DNA of 64,000 bases, taken from a bacterium (GTDB taxonomy: Bacteria > Patescibacteriota > Minisyncoccia > Moranbacterales > GWC2-37-73). Below, piece by piece: positions 18,145-28,103 of the stretch. The notes beneath the pieces are model-generated. The model was not told where the DNA came from and searched no databases. It saw only the letters and a program-made list of their open reading frames with translations. Positions within the stretch are counted from its first letter, which is position 1. Each line of letters starts with the position of its first letter. Location: NCBI GenBank assembly GCA_037140955.1, contig JBAXDL010000001.1:15129-79128 (forward strand). The letters run 5' to 3'. The position numbers were made by a program, and so were the translations under genes.

Positions 18145-19413
18145 TTAAAATTTCAATATTTTCTCAAATTTTTTGTCACTCTTGTGTGGTCCAACCACAG
18201 CCAAATTTAATTTACTATTAGTAAAAATATCCTTACTAACTCGCAAAATATCATCAACTGTTACAGCATCAACCAAAGCAAAAACCTCTTTTGGTGTTAT
18301 AATCTTTTCTTTGTGCATTTCTTGATCAATAAAAAACATAGCCACATCATCAGAAGCTTCCAGTCCCATCACGGCTCGCCCTTTCACATAATCCTTAGCC
18401 TTTTGCAGCTCTTTCTCACTAACATATTCAGTAGCAATTTTTTTGTATTCAAACAAAATTGCATCCACGGCTTGCTCAATTTTTCCATGCTCAACTCCAG
18501 CTTGTGTAGCAATGTAGCCACAATCTTGATAGGTATCAACACTAGTGTGCACAAAATATGCCAAACCTCGACGCTCACGAATTTCAATAAAAAGCCTACT
18601 ACTCATATTTCCACCAAGAATAATTGAAAGCAGAGCCAACACATAACGATCTTTATGATCCTGTTTATATCCGCGCACACCCAAAATAAAATGTGTTTGT
18701 TCTGTTTTTTTCAACTTAATTCTAATGGCTGGAGAAGTTTGTTTTTCCACAACTTTTTTCAGTGGAATTTTTTTACCAGCTTGAAATACAGCAAAATGTT
18801 TCTGCAATTGAGTGATGATCTCATTTTCATTAAATTTTCCAGCCACACAAACAACTGTTTCATTGGCGTTATAATGCTTCTTAATATAAGAAATAAAGTC
18901 CTTGCGCTTAAAATCAGAAATTGTTTTTTTGTATCCAACAATTCCACGGCCCAATGATTGATCACCGTATAGTATTTTTTCAAATTCATCGCCAACACTT
19001 CTGCGTGGCTCATCTTCATACATACTAAGCTCCTGCAAAATTGGACCTCTCTCCCTATCTATTTCAACTTGTTCAAGTTTTGAATTCAAGAAAATATCAC
19101 AAATAACATCCACCGCCTTATTAATATGACGTGAATCAACTTTTGCATAATAAGCAGTTTTGTCCTTGGCTGTAAAAGCATTAAACTCTCCACCAATAGC
19201 ATCAAGCTCCTCGGAAATTGATTGCGCTGTTGGCCTATTTTTGGTCCCCTTGAAAAACATATGCTCAATAAAATGTGAAAGTCCTGCCTGCTTTTCACTT
19301 TCATAGCGCGAACCAACACCAACCATCAGCATCACAGTTGCAGTCTGAGTGCCCTTCACTGGAATCGTCAAAACTCTTAGTCCATTTTTTAGAGTTGTTT
19401 TTTTGTAAAGCAT
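18145..19413 (-). CDS. M16 family zinc peptidase
   Basis: GLSHFIEHMFFKGT (HxxEH), NAFT, MSSRLF.EIRE.RGLAY; true start ATG 19413. Confidence 0.93.
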   Translation of the reverse strand: MLYKKTTLKNGLRVLTIPVKGTQTATVMLMVGVGSRYESEKQAGLSHFIEHMFFKGTKNRPTAQSISEELDAIGGEFNAFTAKDKTAYYAKVDSRHINKAVDVICDIFLNSKLEQVEIDRERGPILQELSMYEDEPRRSVGDEFEKILYGDQSLGRGIVGYKKTISDFKRKDFISYIKKHYNANETVVCVAGKFNENEIITQLQKHFAVFQAGKKIPLKKVVEKQTSPAIRIKLKKTEQTHFILGVRGYKQDHKDRYVLALLSIILGGNMSSRLFIEIRERRGLAYFVHTSVDTYQDCGYIATQAGVEHGKIEQAVDAILFEYKKIATEYVSEKELQKAKDYVKGRAVMGLEASDDVAMFFIDQEMHKEKIITPKEVFALVDAVTVDDILRVSKDIFTNSKLNLAVVGPHKSDKKFEKILKF

Positions 19414-19418
19414 GTTTT

Positions 19419-19549
19419 TAATTTCCAATTTTGAATTTCCAATTTTGAATTTTGAATTTTGAATTTTGAATGAATTTTTAATGTTTAAATTTTGAAACAT
19501 TAAGTCATTCAATCTTGATTCTAAATTCGAAATTATGATTTCAAAATTA
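19419..19549. repeat. Inverted heptamer tandem array
   Basis: (AATTTTG/AATTTCC)x7, core AATGTTTAAATTTTGAAACATT, then (CTAAATT/CGAAATT/CAAAATT)n. Confidence 0.85.
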
Positions 19550-19577
19550 TAGAACTCTCTATACTTAATTATTTAAA

Positions 19578-20561
19578 TTATTTCTTCTTGATAATATTTT
19601 TAACTCTACTAACCCTAATAAGCCCAGAACATGGCACAATCTCAATTCCCTTTTTCTCAAGCTCATCCAAAAATAAATTCATACCAATAGAATCAGAAGA
19701 AATATGCCCAGCAATTACGACATTAATATGTGCAGCCTCTGCTTCCTTGCGATGCTCCTCACTTTGGTGCATTGAGATAATCGTTCCAATTCCTGCTTGT
19801 GACATTTTTTCATACATCTTTGAACTTCCAGATGTTCCACCAGTTATTTCAGAAAAAGCAATTTTTCCCACTGAGTTTTCCTCGCTTCCAGTGAAAAGAC
19901 GTGGACCAGCTCCTCGCAATTGAGCCTCCCTATATTCAGGAATTTCCATTAGTGACTTTAGAATTTCGCCAACTGTTTCAGGATTATCTTTTTTTATTTT
20001 AGCTTCCACAAATCTTGCCACCAAATTATCAGCCGGGGTATGCACATTCATAAAATTCATACCAAGTAAACGTGCAGAATCAACTTCCTTGAAGTGATTT
20101 GAAGCGCTCACGCCACGACTAACCTCGCCAATACGAATCTTCATCAAACCCTCTGCAATATTAATAGGCACGCCATATTGACTAAGCAAATCAGCTTGAA
20201 TATGCATCACGTCTGAAAGATCAGCCAAAGCCTTGCCTTCTGGATGATGACCGATTACCAAATCAACCTGACCATCACTGCTGTGATTTGAAAGATAACG
20301 AGCAATCATAAGCTCACCACTATCAATATCAATACCAGCCATAATTTTTTTAATCTCTTTTGCTCCACCATCAAAATGGATTCTCGAATCAAGATATGGA
20401 TTTGCAAAACGCTCTTTGTCAAAAAGTTCCTTTTTTTCCGTAGAAAGTTCCTCGTATTTGTCTTTTTCTCGCTTTAGTATTTTTTGAATTTTTTCCTTGG
20501 GGCGAAAATCAGCAGCAATTCCCATCTCAATAGCTAAATTATAAATTTCTTGGATATTCAT
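19578..20561 (-). CDS. NIF3 (NGG1p interacting factor 3)-like protein
   Basis: NPYLDSRI, AGIDID, HHPEG, HTPADN, AGHISSDSIG; true start ATG 20561. Confidence 0.85.
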   Translation of the reverse strand: MNIQEIYNLAIEMGIAADFRPKEKIQKILKREKDKYEELSTEKKELFDKERFANPYLDSRIHFDGGAKEIKKIMAGIDIDSGELMIARYLSNHSSDGQVDLVIGHHPEGKALADLSDVMHIQADLLSQYGVPINIAEGLMKIRIGEVSRGVSASNHFKEVDSARLLGMNFMNVHTPADNLVARFVEAKIKKDNPETVGEILKSLMEIPEYREAQLRGAGPRLFTGSEENSVGKIAFSEITGGTSGSSKMYEKMSQAGIGTIISMHQSEEHRKEAEAAHINVVIAGHISSDSIGMNLFLDELEKKGIEIVPCSGLIRVSRVKNIIKKK

Positions 20562-20580
20562 ATTTTTTAATTTAATATTA

Positions 20581-21894
20581 TTAAGCAATTTTTCTGAGCA
20601 ATGAAAATGGTTTAATATTTTTTTTATTAATTTGTAAATAATAAAAATTATCATGCCCACCATGAGCAGAAACAACTTCCCCTCTATCTTTATTCAAAAT
20701 CTTTTTTATGATAATTGTAGTATTTTTTTCGCTATCAACAAGCTCAATTTTGTCTCCAGATTTGATAACATTATGAATCTTGGCGATCAACTCATTGCCA
20801 TTAACTTCAATAATTTCACCCACAAATTGAAATTCGGTATTATTTTGTTGCCCTGAAAAACTGTGCTGAGGTTCATTTCCATGCAAAAATCCTTCCGTAT
20901 AGCCACGATTAGCATTTTTTGCAAGCTCCTTAGCTGACCATTTTTCAATTTTTTTAATAGCAGCATCATCAACATTGCTTTCAATAGCATCCAAAACTTT
21001 TCGATAAGCCCTACAAACATTGGCAACATAAGAAACACTCTTGTTGCGTCCCTCCACCTTAAATGAAGTCACGCCAGCATTTCGCAATTCTTGCAAATAT
21101 AACAACAGGTTCAGATCCTTGGAATTGAAAAAATATGTTCCATGCGAATCCTCCTCCAACAAAATCGGCCTTCCACTTTGCACTTCAGCAACTTCCATTG
21201 TCTTATATTCACTAACATCTTGAATTTGCATTTCTGGGTTCATTTTGGATTGTGGATTTTGGATTTTGGATTTTTCCCGATATCCCCATCGGCATGGCTG
21301 AGTGCAATCACCCAAATTAGCGCTCTTTCCACTCATCCACTTGCTCAAAATACAACGCCCAGAATAACTCATACACATTGCACCATGCACAAAATATTCC
21401 AACTCAAGTTTTGGCACATGTTTTTTTATGCAGACAATGTCTTCAAGAGTTGTTTCTCTGGCAAGCACAATCCTAGTTATTCCGAGGTCATACCAAAATT
21501 TTGCAGCTTGCCAATTTGTAGTATTGGCTTGCGTACTAAGATGGATGTCAACCTTTGGCAAATGCTTTTTAATAAGCATGATAATGCCAGGATCAGCCAC
21601 GATAACACCATCAATATCAATTTTCTTTAAAAATTTTAAATGTTTTTCTATTTTTGTAAGATGATAATTATGCGCATAAATGTTTATTGTAACAAAAATC
21701 TTTTTCTTTTTTGCATGCACATATTTAACCGCCTCAGCCAAGTCATCTTCACTAAAGTTATTAACCCTTGCTCGCATTGAAACATCTGGACAGCCAGCAT
21801 AAACAGCATCAGCGCCATATTCAAGAGCATATTTGAGCTTTTGAATACTTCCAGCTGGTGCAAGTAATTCTATTTTTCCAGGTTTTTTAATCAT
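20581..21894 (-). CDS. U32 family peptidase-like protein (TrhP/YegQ tRNA hydroxylation type)
   Basis: ELLAPAG, YGADAVY, HLSTQAN, HGAMC.SYSGRC..S...N.G.C.QPCR, FKVEGR. Confidence 0.9.
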   Translation of the reverse strand: MIKKPGKIELLAPAGSIQKLKYALEYGADAVYAGCPDVSMRARVNNFSEDDLAEAVKYVHAKKKKIFVTINIYAHNYHLTKIEKHLKFLKKIDIDGVIVADPGIIMLIKKHLPKVDIHLSTQANTTNWQAAKFWYDLGITRIVLARETTLEDIVCIKKHVPKLELEYFVHGAMCMSYSGRCILSKWMSGKSANLGDCTQPCRWGYREKSKIQNPQSKMNPEMQIQDVSEYKTMEVAEVQSGRPILLEEDSHGTYFFNSKDLNLLLYLQELRNAGVTSFKVEGRNKSVSYVANVCRAYRKVLDAIESNVDDAAIKKIEKWSAKELAKNANRGYTEGFLHGNEPQHSFSGQQNNTEFQFVGEIIEVNGNELIAKIHNVIKSGDKIELVDSEKNTTIIIKKILNKDRGEVVSAHGGHDNFYYLQINKKNIKPFSLLRKIA

Positions 21895-22008
21895 ATAATC
21901 TTGTATTTATGCATACTAAACTGTACATCCTTCTTGCAATTTGGTCAATTAAAACAAAAGGGACTGCCTCGGTGCAGTCCTTGAAAAAAAATTCGAAAAA
22001 ATATTATT

Positions 22009-22425
22009 TTATTTTTCAATTGGAGAAGCACTAGTATTATCACTTTCAAGCAGCTCCTTAACTTTAACCACAAGTTCTGAAGGAGTGTGTTGAGATTTTA
22101 CAAAATATTCCCTCGCGCCATTTTCAAAGGCCTCCTTTCTATCCTCATCATTATCCAAATTTGTCGAAACAAGCACAGTTATCTTGCGAAATCTTTCGTC
22201 GCTCTTGATCATTTTTAACGCCTCAAAACCATCCATTTCTGGCATCACAATGTCGAGCAAAATGATATCAATATTTTCAAATTCTTTCTCTAACACATTT
22301 AATGCCTCTTTTCCGTTTGAAGCAGGAAGCACCATAAAGCCACTACTAGTCAGTGCCCTAGTATACATTTCAAGCAAATCCTCTTCATCCTCAGCTATTA
22401 ATATTCTTCGTATTTCTTCAGTCAT
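22009..22425 (-). CDS. Single-domain response regulator (CheY-like)
   Basis: ILIAEDE, ILLDIVMPEMDG, GAREYFVK. Confidence 0.9.
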   Translation of the reverse strand: MTEEIRRILIAEDEEDLLEMYTRALTSSGFMVLPASNGKEALNVLEKEFENIDIILLDIVMPEMDGFEALKMIKSDERFRKITVLVSTNLDNDEDRKEAFENGAREYFVKSQHTPSELVVKVKELLESDNTSASPIEK

Positions 22426-22595
22426 AAATATTTTATATTTCTAATTACTTAACCATATTAGCATAAAAAATAAAATCTTGAAAACACAACTTGAGGTTAA
22501 TTTGCTTTAACTGTATTTATTGCTAAACTATGTTTATTGGTTAATAGTTAAAAATTAGCCTAAAATCACAATTTAAGAAGATAATAGACTTGTTC

Positions 22596-23042
22596 ATGCC
22601 AACATTAGCCTTCAACAAAAGAGCGCATTTTGACTACGAACTTCATGAAAAATATGAGGCTGGTTTGGTTTTGAGTGGAGCTGAAGTAAAATCCATAAAA
22701 ACATTTCATATAAGCCTCAAAGGAAGCTTTGTGACCATGCATGAAAGCCAACTATACCTAACCAATGCCACGATTGCACATTATCCCTTTGCGGGCTTTA
22801 AAATTGCCTATGATCCAACACGGTCTCGAAAACTACTCCTGCGCAAAGAGCAAATCAAGTCATTAATTGGTAAATTACACGTAAAAGGCTTGACATTAGT
22901 GCCTCTTCGTGTGTATACTAAGAGACGACTCATTAAGTTAGAATTCGCTGTAGCAAAAGGAAAAAAGGCCCACGATAAGCGCTCAGACATAGCGAAAAAT
23001 GAGTCAAAGAGAAACATAGAGCGAGCCCTCAAAAATGCTTAA
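22596..23042 (+). CDS. smpB: SsrA-binding protein
   Basis: NKRA.FDY...EAGLVL.G.EVKS, R.RKLLL, GLTLVP, KGKK.HDKR. Confidence 0.97.
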   Translation: MPTLAFNKRAHFDYELHEKYEAGLVLSGAEVKSIKTFHISLKGSFVTMHESQLYLTNATIAHYPFAGFKIAYDPTRSRKLLLRKEQIKSLIGKLHVKGLTLVPLRVYTKRRLIKLEFAVAKGKKAHDKRSDIAKNESKRNIERALKNA

Positions 23043-23053
23043 TGCATTTTTGT

Positions 23054-23186
23054 AATTTTCAATTTTCAATTCACGATTTTCAAACAATTTTCAATTTTTG
23101 AATGATTTAATGTTTAAAACATTTGGAAATTTATTCATTAGAATTTGTTTAGAAATTAGAAATTAGAAATTGGAAATTAGAAATTT
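23054..23186. repeat. Inverted heptamer tandem array 5' of tmRNA
   Basis: (AATTTTC)n, core AATGTTTAAAACATT, then (AGAAATT)n. Confidence 0.85.
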
Positions 23187-23208
23187 TTGAAAACTAGTTT
23201 TCAAGATT

Positions 23209-23611
23209 GGGGCTGTTTAGCTTCGACAGGTTGTACTTTTCAAAATATGCAAGTCGATTACCGCTGCTGTATCGTTAAAAGTGTGGCGAAGATATAAGTG
23301 CAAACTTCATATCAAAGGCGAAAACTACTTTTGCGCAAGCATTTGCTAGTTTCTCACCTGCTTTAGCTTAGGCTCGAAGCCATCGAACTGCTGATTTCTC
23401 GTAAGCAGAGCTCGGTGTCAATCATGAGAATAGTATCATATGGTTTTTTGGACATATAATGCGAAATAACTCTAAAAACGGCATTTGAAGGTTTTGTTTA
23501 TTTCCTACTTCATCCTGTCGTATCTCAATTTATTGAGAATGAAATAAACTAAACTTGTAGAGGATTTTGGAGAAAACGATTTGGACATGGGTGCAATTCC
23601 CATCAGCTCCA
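23209..23611 (+). ncRNA. ssrA: tmRNA
   Basis: 5' GGGGCTGTTTAGCTTCGAC; 3' ATGGG-TGCAATT-CCCAT-CAGCTCCA; tag frame 23300-23371 ANFISKAKTTFAQAFASFSPALA*; directly downstream of smpB. Confidence 0.94.
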
Positions 23612-23618
23612 CATACTA

Positions 23619-23731
23619 AATAATTTTAAAGGCTAAATTTGAAATTTTAAATGAATTTTAAATGAATTAATGCATTAAAACATTTTTCATTGAGATTTTA
23701 TTTGAAATTTTAAATTTAAAATTTCAAATTA
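23619..23731. repeat. Inverted heptamer tandem array 3' of tmRNA
   Basis: (AAATTTT)n, core AATGCATTAAAACATT, then (GAAATTT/AAAATTT)n. Confidence 0.75.
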
Positions 23732-23808
23732 TTAAACAGTATTTGTTTAATAAAATATAAAAAGATCACCAGGCATTTTAAGAAATGCTAGAATGATTTT
23801 ATAAAAAT

Positions 23809-24363
23809 ATTAGAAAGAGATTTAGATTCAAGCCAAAGCAGCAAACTGGACCAGCTCAATTGCGCATCAATGAGGCAATCAGAGTTCCCAATGTTTTTGT
23901 TATTGACGATGAAGGAAAACAATTAGGAGAAATGACAACTTTTGATGCAATGGCACTTGCCAAGGAAAGAATGCTTGATTTGGTTGAAGTTTCACCAAAG
24001 GCAGCTCCTCCAGTTTGTCGCATCATGGATTATGGCAAACACCTCTATCAACAATCCAAACAATTGCGCATAGCAAAAGCCAAACAAAAGAAAATTGAAA
24101 TAAAGGGGGTGAGGCTTGGTTTGCGAACCGACACACATGACATTGAATTCAAAAGAGCGCAATCAGAAAAATTCCTGAAACAAGGAGATAAGGTGAAAAT
24201 AGACATAGTTTTGCGAGGAAGAGAAAAGGCGCACCAAGACTTGGCCAGAAAAAATCTTCAAGATTTTATTACCGGCATAACAACGCCATACAAAATAGAA
24301 GACCCCATAAAACGTTTCCCTGGTGGCTTTAATGTTATCATCGCACCCAAAGCAATAGAATAA
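23809..24363 (+). CDS. infC: Translation initiation factor IF-3 (probable ATT start)
   Basis: RINEAIR, LDLVEVSP.A.PPVCRIMDYGK, RGRE; the frame is open back to ATT 23809 after stop 23794, and AUU initiation is established for infC. Confidence 0.93.
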   Translation: MRKRFRFKPKQQTGPAQLRINEAIRVPNVFVIDDEGKQLGEMTTFDAMALAKERMLDLVEVSPKAAPPVCRIMDYGKHLYQQSKQLRIAKAKQKKIEIKGVRLGLRTDTHDIEFKRAQSEKFLKQGDKVKIDIVLRGREKAHQDLARKNLQDFITGITTPYKIEDPIKRFPGGFNVIIAPKAIE

Positions 24364-24367
24364 AATA

Positions 24368-24476
24368 ATTTTAAATTTTAAATTTTAAATTTTGAATCAA
24401 TTTCCAATTCGCCAATGATTAAATTTTGAAACATTCATAATTCAATCAAAATTCGAAATTCTAAATTCGAAATTAG
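24368..24476. repeat. Inverted heptamer tandem array between infC and rpmI
   Basis: (AATTTTA)x4, core AATGATTAAATTTTGAAACATT, then (CAAAATT/CGAAATT/CTAAATT)x4. Confidence 0.85.
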
Positions 24477-24485
24477 ACAAACAAT

Positions 24486-24692
24486 ATGCCGAAGATGAAA
24501 ACCAAGAAGTCAGTTGTAAAGAAAGTAAAGATAACAAAGAATGGAAAAGTTATCCGAAGAGCAACAGGACAAAACCATTACAATTCAAAAGAAACTGGTG
24601 CTGAAGGTCGCGCAAAGAAAAAGGACAAACGCATGTTCAGAGCTGATGAAAAGAATATTGTTGCAGCATTGCCATATTCAATCGGTAAATAA
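24486..24692 (+). CDS. rpmI: 50S ribosomal protein L35
   Basis: MPKMKTKKS..K..K.T..GK; position between infC and rplT. Confidence 0.93.
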   Translation: MPKMKTKKSVVKKVKITKNGKVIRRATGQNHYNSKETGAEGRAKKKDKRMFRADEKNIVAALPYSIGK

Positions 24693-24865
24693 TTGAAAAA
24701 GTAGCAGGAAAAAGCAAAATAAATTCAAGCCTACCGGTACTAGCGCAAAAATTTATAAGCCAATTCCCACGCTACTTAGAATTTTATATAATATTAAGAA
24801 TTTAACAGATAATTGGTACGAGTCGCTTACTTGCATGTAATCGTTCGTCACATCAATAGATCAAA

Positions 24866-25210
24866 ATGGCGAGAGTAAAACGCGGCGTTGCTGCATCAAA
24901 AAGAAGAAGGAATGTGCTTGAGATGGCTAAGGGATTTCGTTGGCGTCGAAGCAAGAACTATGTTGCTGCCAAGGAGGCTGTGATCAAGGCTGGTAAATAT
25001 GCCCATCGTGATCGTAGAGTGAAAAAACGAACAAACAGAGCACTTTGGATTTTGCGACTAAACAATGCGGTTCGATTATTCGAATTAACATACAGCAAAT
25101 TCATTGCCATTCTAAAAGCAAAGAACATTGAAACTGATAGAAAGGTTCTTTCTCAAATGGCAGCTGAAAATCCAGCAGTATTTGCAAAATTTATTGAAAA
25201 AATAAAATAA
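24866..25210 (+). CDS. rplT: 50S ribosomal protein L20
   Basis: MARVKRG, AKGFR, RDRR.KKR..R.LWI.R.N, DRKVLS. Confidence 0.97.
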   Translation: MARVKRGVAASKRRRNVLEMAKGFRWRRSKNYVAAKEAVIKAGKYAHRDRRVKKRTNRALWILRLNNAVRLFELTYSKFIAILKAKNIETDRKVLSQMAAENPAVFAKFIEKIK

Positions 25211-25223
25211 TCAAAATGCAATT

Positions 25224-25251
25224 AAAAAATCCACCGCAAGGTGGATTTTTT
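25224..25251. terminator. Bidirectional terminator
   Basis: AAAAAATCCACC-GCAA-GGTGGATTTTTT. Confidence 0.85.
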
Positions 25252-25256
25252 AATGT

Positions 25257-25433
25257 CTAATTTCTTTTCCTATATTCACCCCAAAGCCTTTTCAATGCAT
25301 GAAAAGGAAGCCAAAGCCAAAGAAAATTTTTGATCGTTTTTTCCAAAAAATCGTTAGGTGTCATACGAAACAAATTTATGATCACAAAGAAAAAAAGTAG
25401 GAGCACAAAACCAAGAATATAATAAATTGTCAT
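25257..25433 (-). CDS. Small membrane protein (58 aa), below the ORF-track cutoff
   Basis: Manual translation MTIYYILGFVLLLFFFVIINLFRMTPNDFLEKTIKNFLWLWLPFHALKRLWGEYRKRN; fills the gap between the HAD gene and the terminator. Confidence 0.6.
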   Translation of the reverse strand: MTIYYILGFVLLLFFFVIINLFRMTPNDFLEKTIKNFLWLWLPFHALKRLWGEYRKRN

Positions 25434-25455
25434 AAAGTTTTAATAATTTTGTTAT

Positions 25456-26190
25456 TTATAATTCCTGCATCAAATTCATATTAAGACATTGTGTCATGTC
25501 ATAAACTACATCCTTTTTTTCAACAACAATGCGCCAACCCTTTTGTTGTGCTACAGCTTTGAGATTTTCATTGGGATTAAAGGCAATAGGATTTGCCACA
25601 ATATCAAGAAAGCTTGCATCAGATTCAGTGTCACCCATACCAAATGAATCTTCCAATGTTAAGTTATGTTCATAAACATATTGCTTCACCAAATTGCCTT
25701 TGTTTTTTATTGGTTCATATTGAGACTCTCCAGTATAGACACCTTTTTTATCAAGAGTGTAGACACTCCCAAACACCGCATCAAACTTCAAATGGGTTTT
25801 GTCATATTCGCGAACAATTTCAACAGGAGAACCAGAAACAGCAATTAAATGATAATTCTCTTTTCGTAATTTTGCAATCATTTTTTCAGCAAAAATATAT
25901 GTCCTGTCTTGATGAAATGAAATAACAACCTTGCTAGCCCTTTCCACATCGGCAAGCTTGCAACCACGAATATGCTTTTCATACAACTCAACCAAGCCGA
26001 GCCTATATTGCTCATATGTCCCCTTATGCTCCAACCAATTGGTGTACAGTGTCACTATTTGATTACGAACATTGCGAGGAAAAATATCCATCCACGACAA
26101 TTCATTGATAAGCTCAAATTGTAGATTTTTTCTAAAAATAGTTCCGTCGATATCGAAAATTGCGATTTTTTGTTTTTTCATATTTTTCAT
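25456..26190 (-). CDS. HAD-IB family hydrolase
   Basis: AIFDIDGT, VSGS, K, GDTESD, NP. Confidence 0.9.
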   Translation of the reverse strand: MKNMKKQKIAIFDIDGTIFRKNLQFELINELSWMDIFPRNVRNQIVTLYTNWLEHKGTYEQYRLGLVELYEKHIRGCKLADVERASKVVISFHQDRTYIFAEKMIAKLRKENYHLIAVSGSPVEIVREYDKTHLKFDAVFGSVYTLDKKGVYTGESQYEPIKNKGNLVKQYVYEHNLTLEDSFGMGDTESDASFLDIVANPIAFNPNENLKAVAQQKGWRIVVEKKDVVYDMTQCLNMNLMQEL

Positions 26191-26230
26191 AGCACCAATA
26201 TTAATTAAAAATTATATTTAACATTGTTTG

Positions 26231-26959
26231 CTATTGATGAATTATTATTGGAGTTCCAATTTCAGCCCAATCATACACTCTTTTGGCAGCTCCCACTCCA
26301 AGCCTGACACATCCATGCGAAACAGGTGTTCCAAGATGATTTGCGCCCTCCTGATATCCACCAGGCCAAATTGGAAGTTCATGAATACCCATTTGCCCAG
26401 AAGGTAAGAAGGCCATCCAATTTGGCATCCACAAGCCATAGGATTTTGACCAGGCTCTTGGAGATTTGTTTTCAACCTTGAATGTTCCAATTGGTGTGTT
26501 CATACCTTTTTTTCCTGAGGATATCTGATAAGCATCAACCACACTACCATTTTCAAAAATAACCATATTTTGATATTTCAAACTAATATCAATATATTTT
26601 CCACTTAAAATCTGAGGTTTGGCATAATCTTTTGCCTCTTGTAATTTTGTTTTTGGATCTTTATTCCTTTCGACTTTTGCAATTGTCACCACTGGAATCA
26701 ATTCCGGAGCGGCTGACAAAAGTAGTGTGGTCTCTTGAGCAATGCTTTCAGTTTTTATTTCTACAGATTGATCAACTTCTTTTTCTGTTTTAACGGGCAA
26801 TGTCTCAGCAACTTGAGCTGAAACTACATTTTCATGAATTTTTTTAGGAGACACTGCAATGTAATATGCCAAACTTGCTGAAAAAAGTATTACTAAAAAT
26901 ATAAATAATACTGTTTTCCAGCTATGTACATTATTTTTATGCGGTATATAGTCTAGCAT
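26231..26959 (-). CDS. L,D-transpeptidase (YkuD), membrane anchored
   Basis: ISSG...TP.G.F, GIH, SHGCVRL. Confidence 0.92.
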   Translation of the reverse strand: MLDYIPHKNNVHSWKTVLFIFLVILFSASLAYYIAVSPKKIHENVVSAQVAETLPVKTEKEVDQSVEIKTESIAQETTLLLSAAPELIPVVTIAKVERNKDPKTKLQEAKDYAKPQILSGKYIDISLKYQNMVIFENGSVVDAYQISSGKKGMNTPIGTFKVENKSPRAWSKSYGLWMPNWMAFLPSGQMGIHELPIWPGGYQEGANHLGTPVSHGCVRLGVGAAKRVYDWAEIGTPIIIHQ

Positions 26960-26980
26960 TTTTAATCAAAAGATTTAAAA

Positions 26981-28066
26981 CTACTTATTAAAAGTTTTAG
27001 CAGCTTCCCATAGCGTTGAATTGTTCTGAGTAGCCTTCATCCAATACCACCATTCAACACCCCAAACATAAATTTCTTTCATCCCTGTCTTTTTTGCAAA
27101 TTCAACATTGTCCAACAAAATTGTTGAATTCATTGAGGCAAGTTGTGTTTCAACAGGAGCATCGGTTGTCCATCCGGCCACCCATGGCTCGCCTTGAAGC
27201 TCAATCACAATTGCATTATTTTGCTTGGCAAATAACTTAATAAAAAGTTGCTTAGCTTTGAAGAAATTTGGCCCAATTGGATATCTCCAGTGTCCCATTT
27301 TTGCACTATAAACCTCACGATACATCGTTGTTCCAAAAATATCAGCGCGCTTAGCAACATTGAGCCACAAGCTAAGCTCACCACTGTCCGTAACAACTAT
27401 TGGTCTGGTTGTGTCCAAACTTCTAACTTGAGCTATCTCACTATCTAGCAAATCAGGATTAACCTTTGAGCATATTCCAAAATCCAAGAATGGTTCATTC
27501 TCAACTTGCCAACGATCTATCTCTGGATGATTGTCTTTATATCTGCGAATCACGACATCCTCAAAAGCCAACAATTTCTCCTTTAAAATAATCTGATCAA
27601 GATTGCTCGGATCTTCTCCTACCCATTTTGGAACATAGCATTCTGGCCAACGTGGAACCTTTTGCCCAACAACCAAAATAATTTTAACATTCCTACTTTG
27701 TGCCTGCTCCAGTTGCCAATCAATATCAGAAAAATCATACTGACCCTCGACTTTCTCAACCCTATCCCAATAAACTGGTAAGCGCACATGCTTGAGCTGA
27801 AGATCATCCAACATCGCAAGATAGGCAGCTTTCCAGTCAAGTCCAATTTGCTGTGCATACAAAGAAGAAAATGTCACTCCAATTTGAGCATCATTGTTTT
27901 TCACCTTGGCAGGCAAATTAATATAAACAAAAAACAAAACAATTATCAGCAAAACTGATCCAATAGTAATGGCAAGCGTTTTGAAAAACATCTTCAAAAC
28001 ACTTATAATTTTTTCCTTATTTGTTTTTATTTTCACCTGCTGCTTTGATGTTTTTTCTTTTTTCAT
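26981..28066 (-). CDS. Membrane-anchored clan GH-A glycoside hydrolase (GH5/GH42-like)
   Basis: VRLPVYW..VE...G.YDFS..DW, WQVENEP acid/base motif, ELQGEPW nucleophile region. Confidence 0.78.
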   Translation of the reverse strand: MKKEKTSKQQVKIKTNKEKIISVLKMFFKTLAITIGSVLLIIVLFFVYINLPAKVKNNDAQIGVTFSSLYAQQIGLDWKAAYLAMLDDLQLKHVRLPVYWDRVEKVEGQYDFSDIDWQLEQAQSRNVKIILVVGQKVPRWPECYVPKWVGEDPSNLDQIILKEKLLAFEDVVIRRYKDNHPEIDRWQVENEPFLDFGICSKVNPDLLDSEIAQVRSLDTTRPIVVTDSGELSLWLNVAKRADIFGTTMYREVYSAKMGHWRYPIGPNFFKAKQLFIKLFAKQNNAIVIELQGEPWVAGWTTDAPVETQLASMNSTILLDNVEFAKKTGMKEIYVWGVEWWYWMKATQNNSTLWEAAKTFNK

Positions 28067-28103
28067 ATTTTATTTTTATATATAATGATATCTCAAATAT
28101 ATT

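Noticed and set aside
19414-19512. N-terminal extension of the M16 peptidase (also the longer track starts for recG, manB, NIF3, RRM, GT2, ABC ATPase and anti-sigma)
   Set aside because: The extensions translate repeat or UTR DNA; family homology begins at the downstream ATG.
19419-24476. Repeat arrays as CRISPR
   Set aside because: Units are degenerate 7-mers with no unique spacers, and there are no cas genes.
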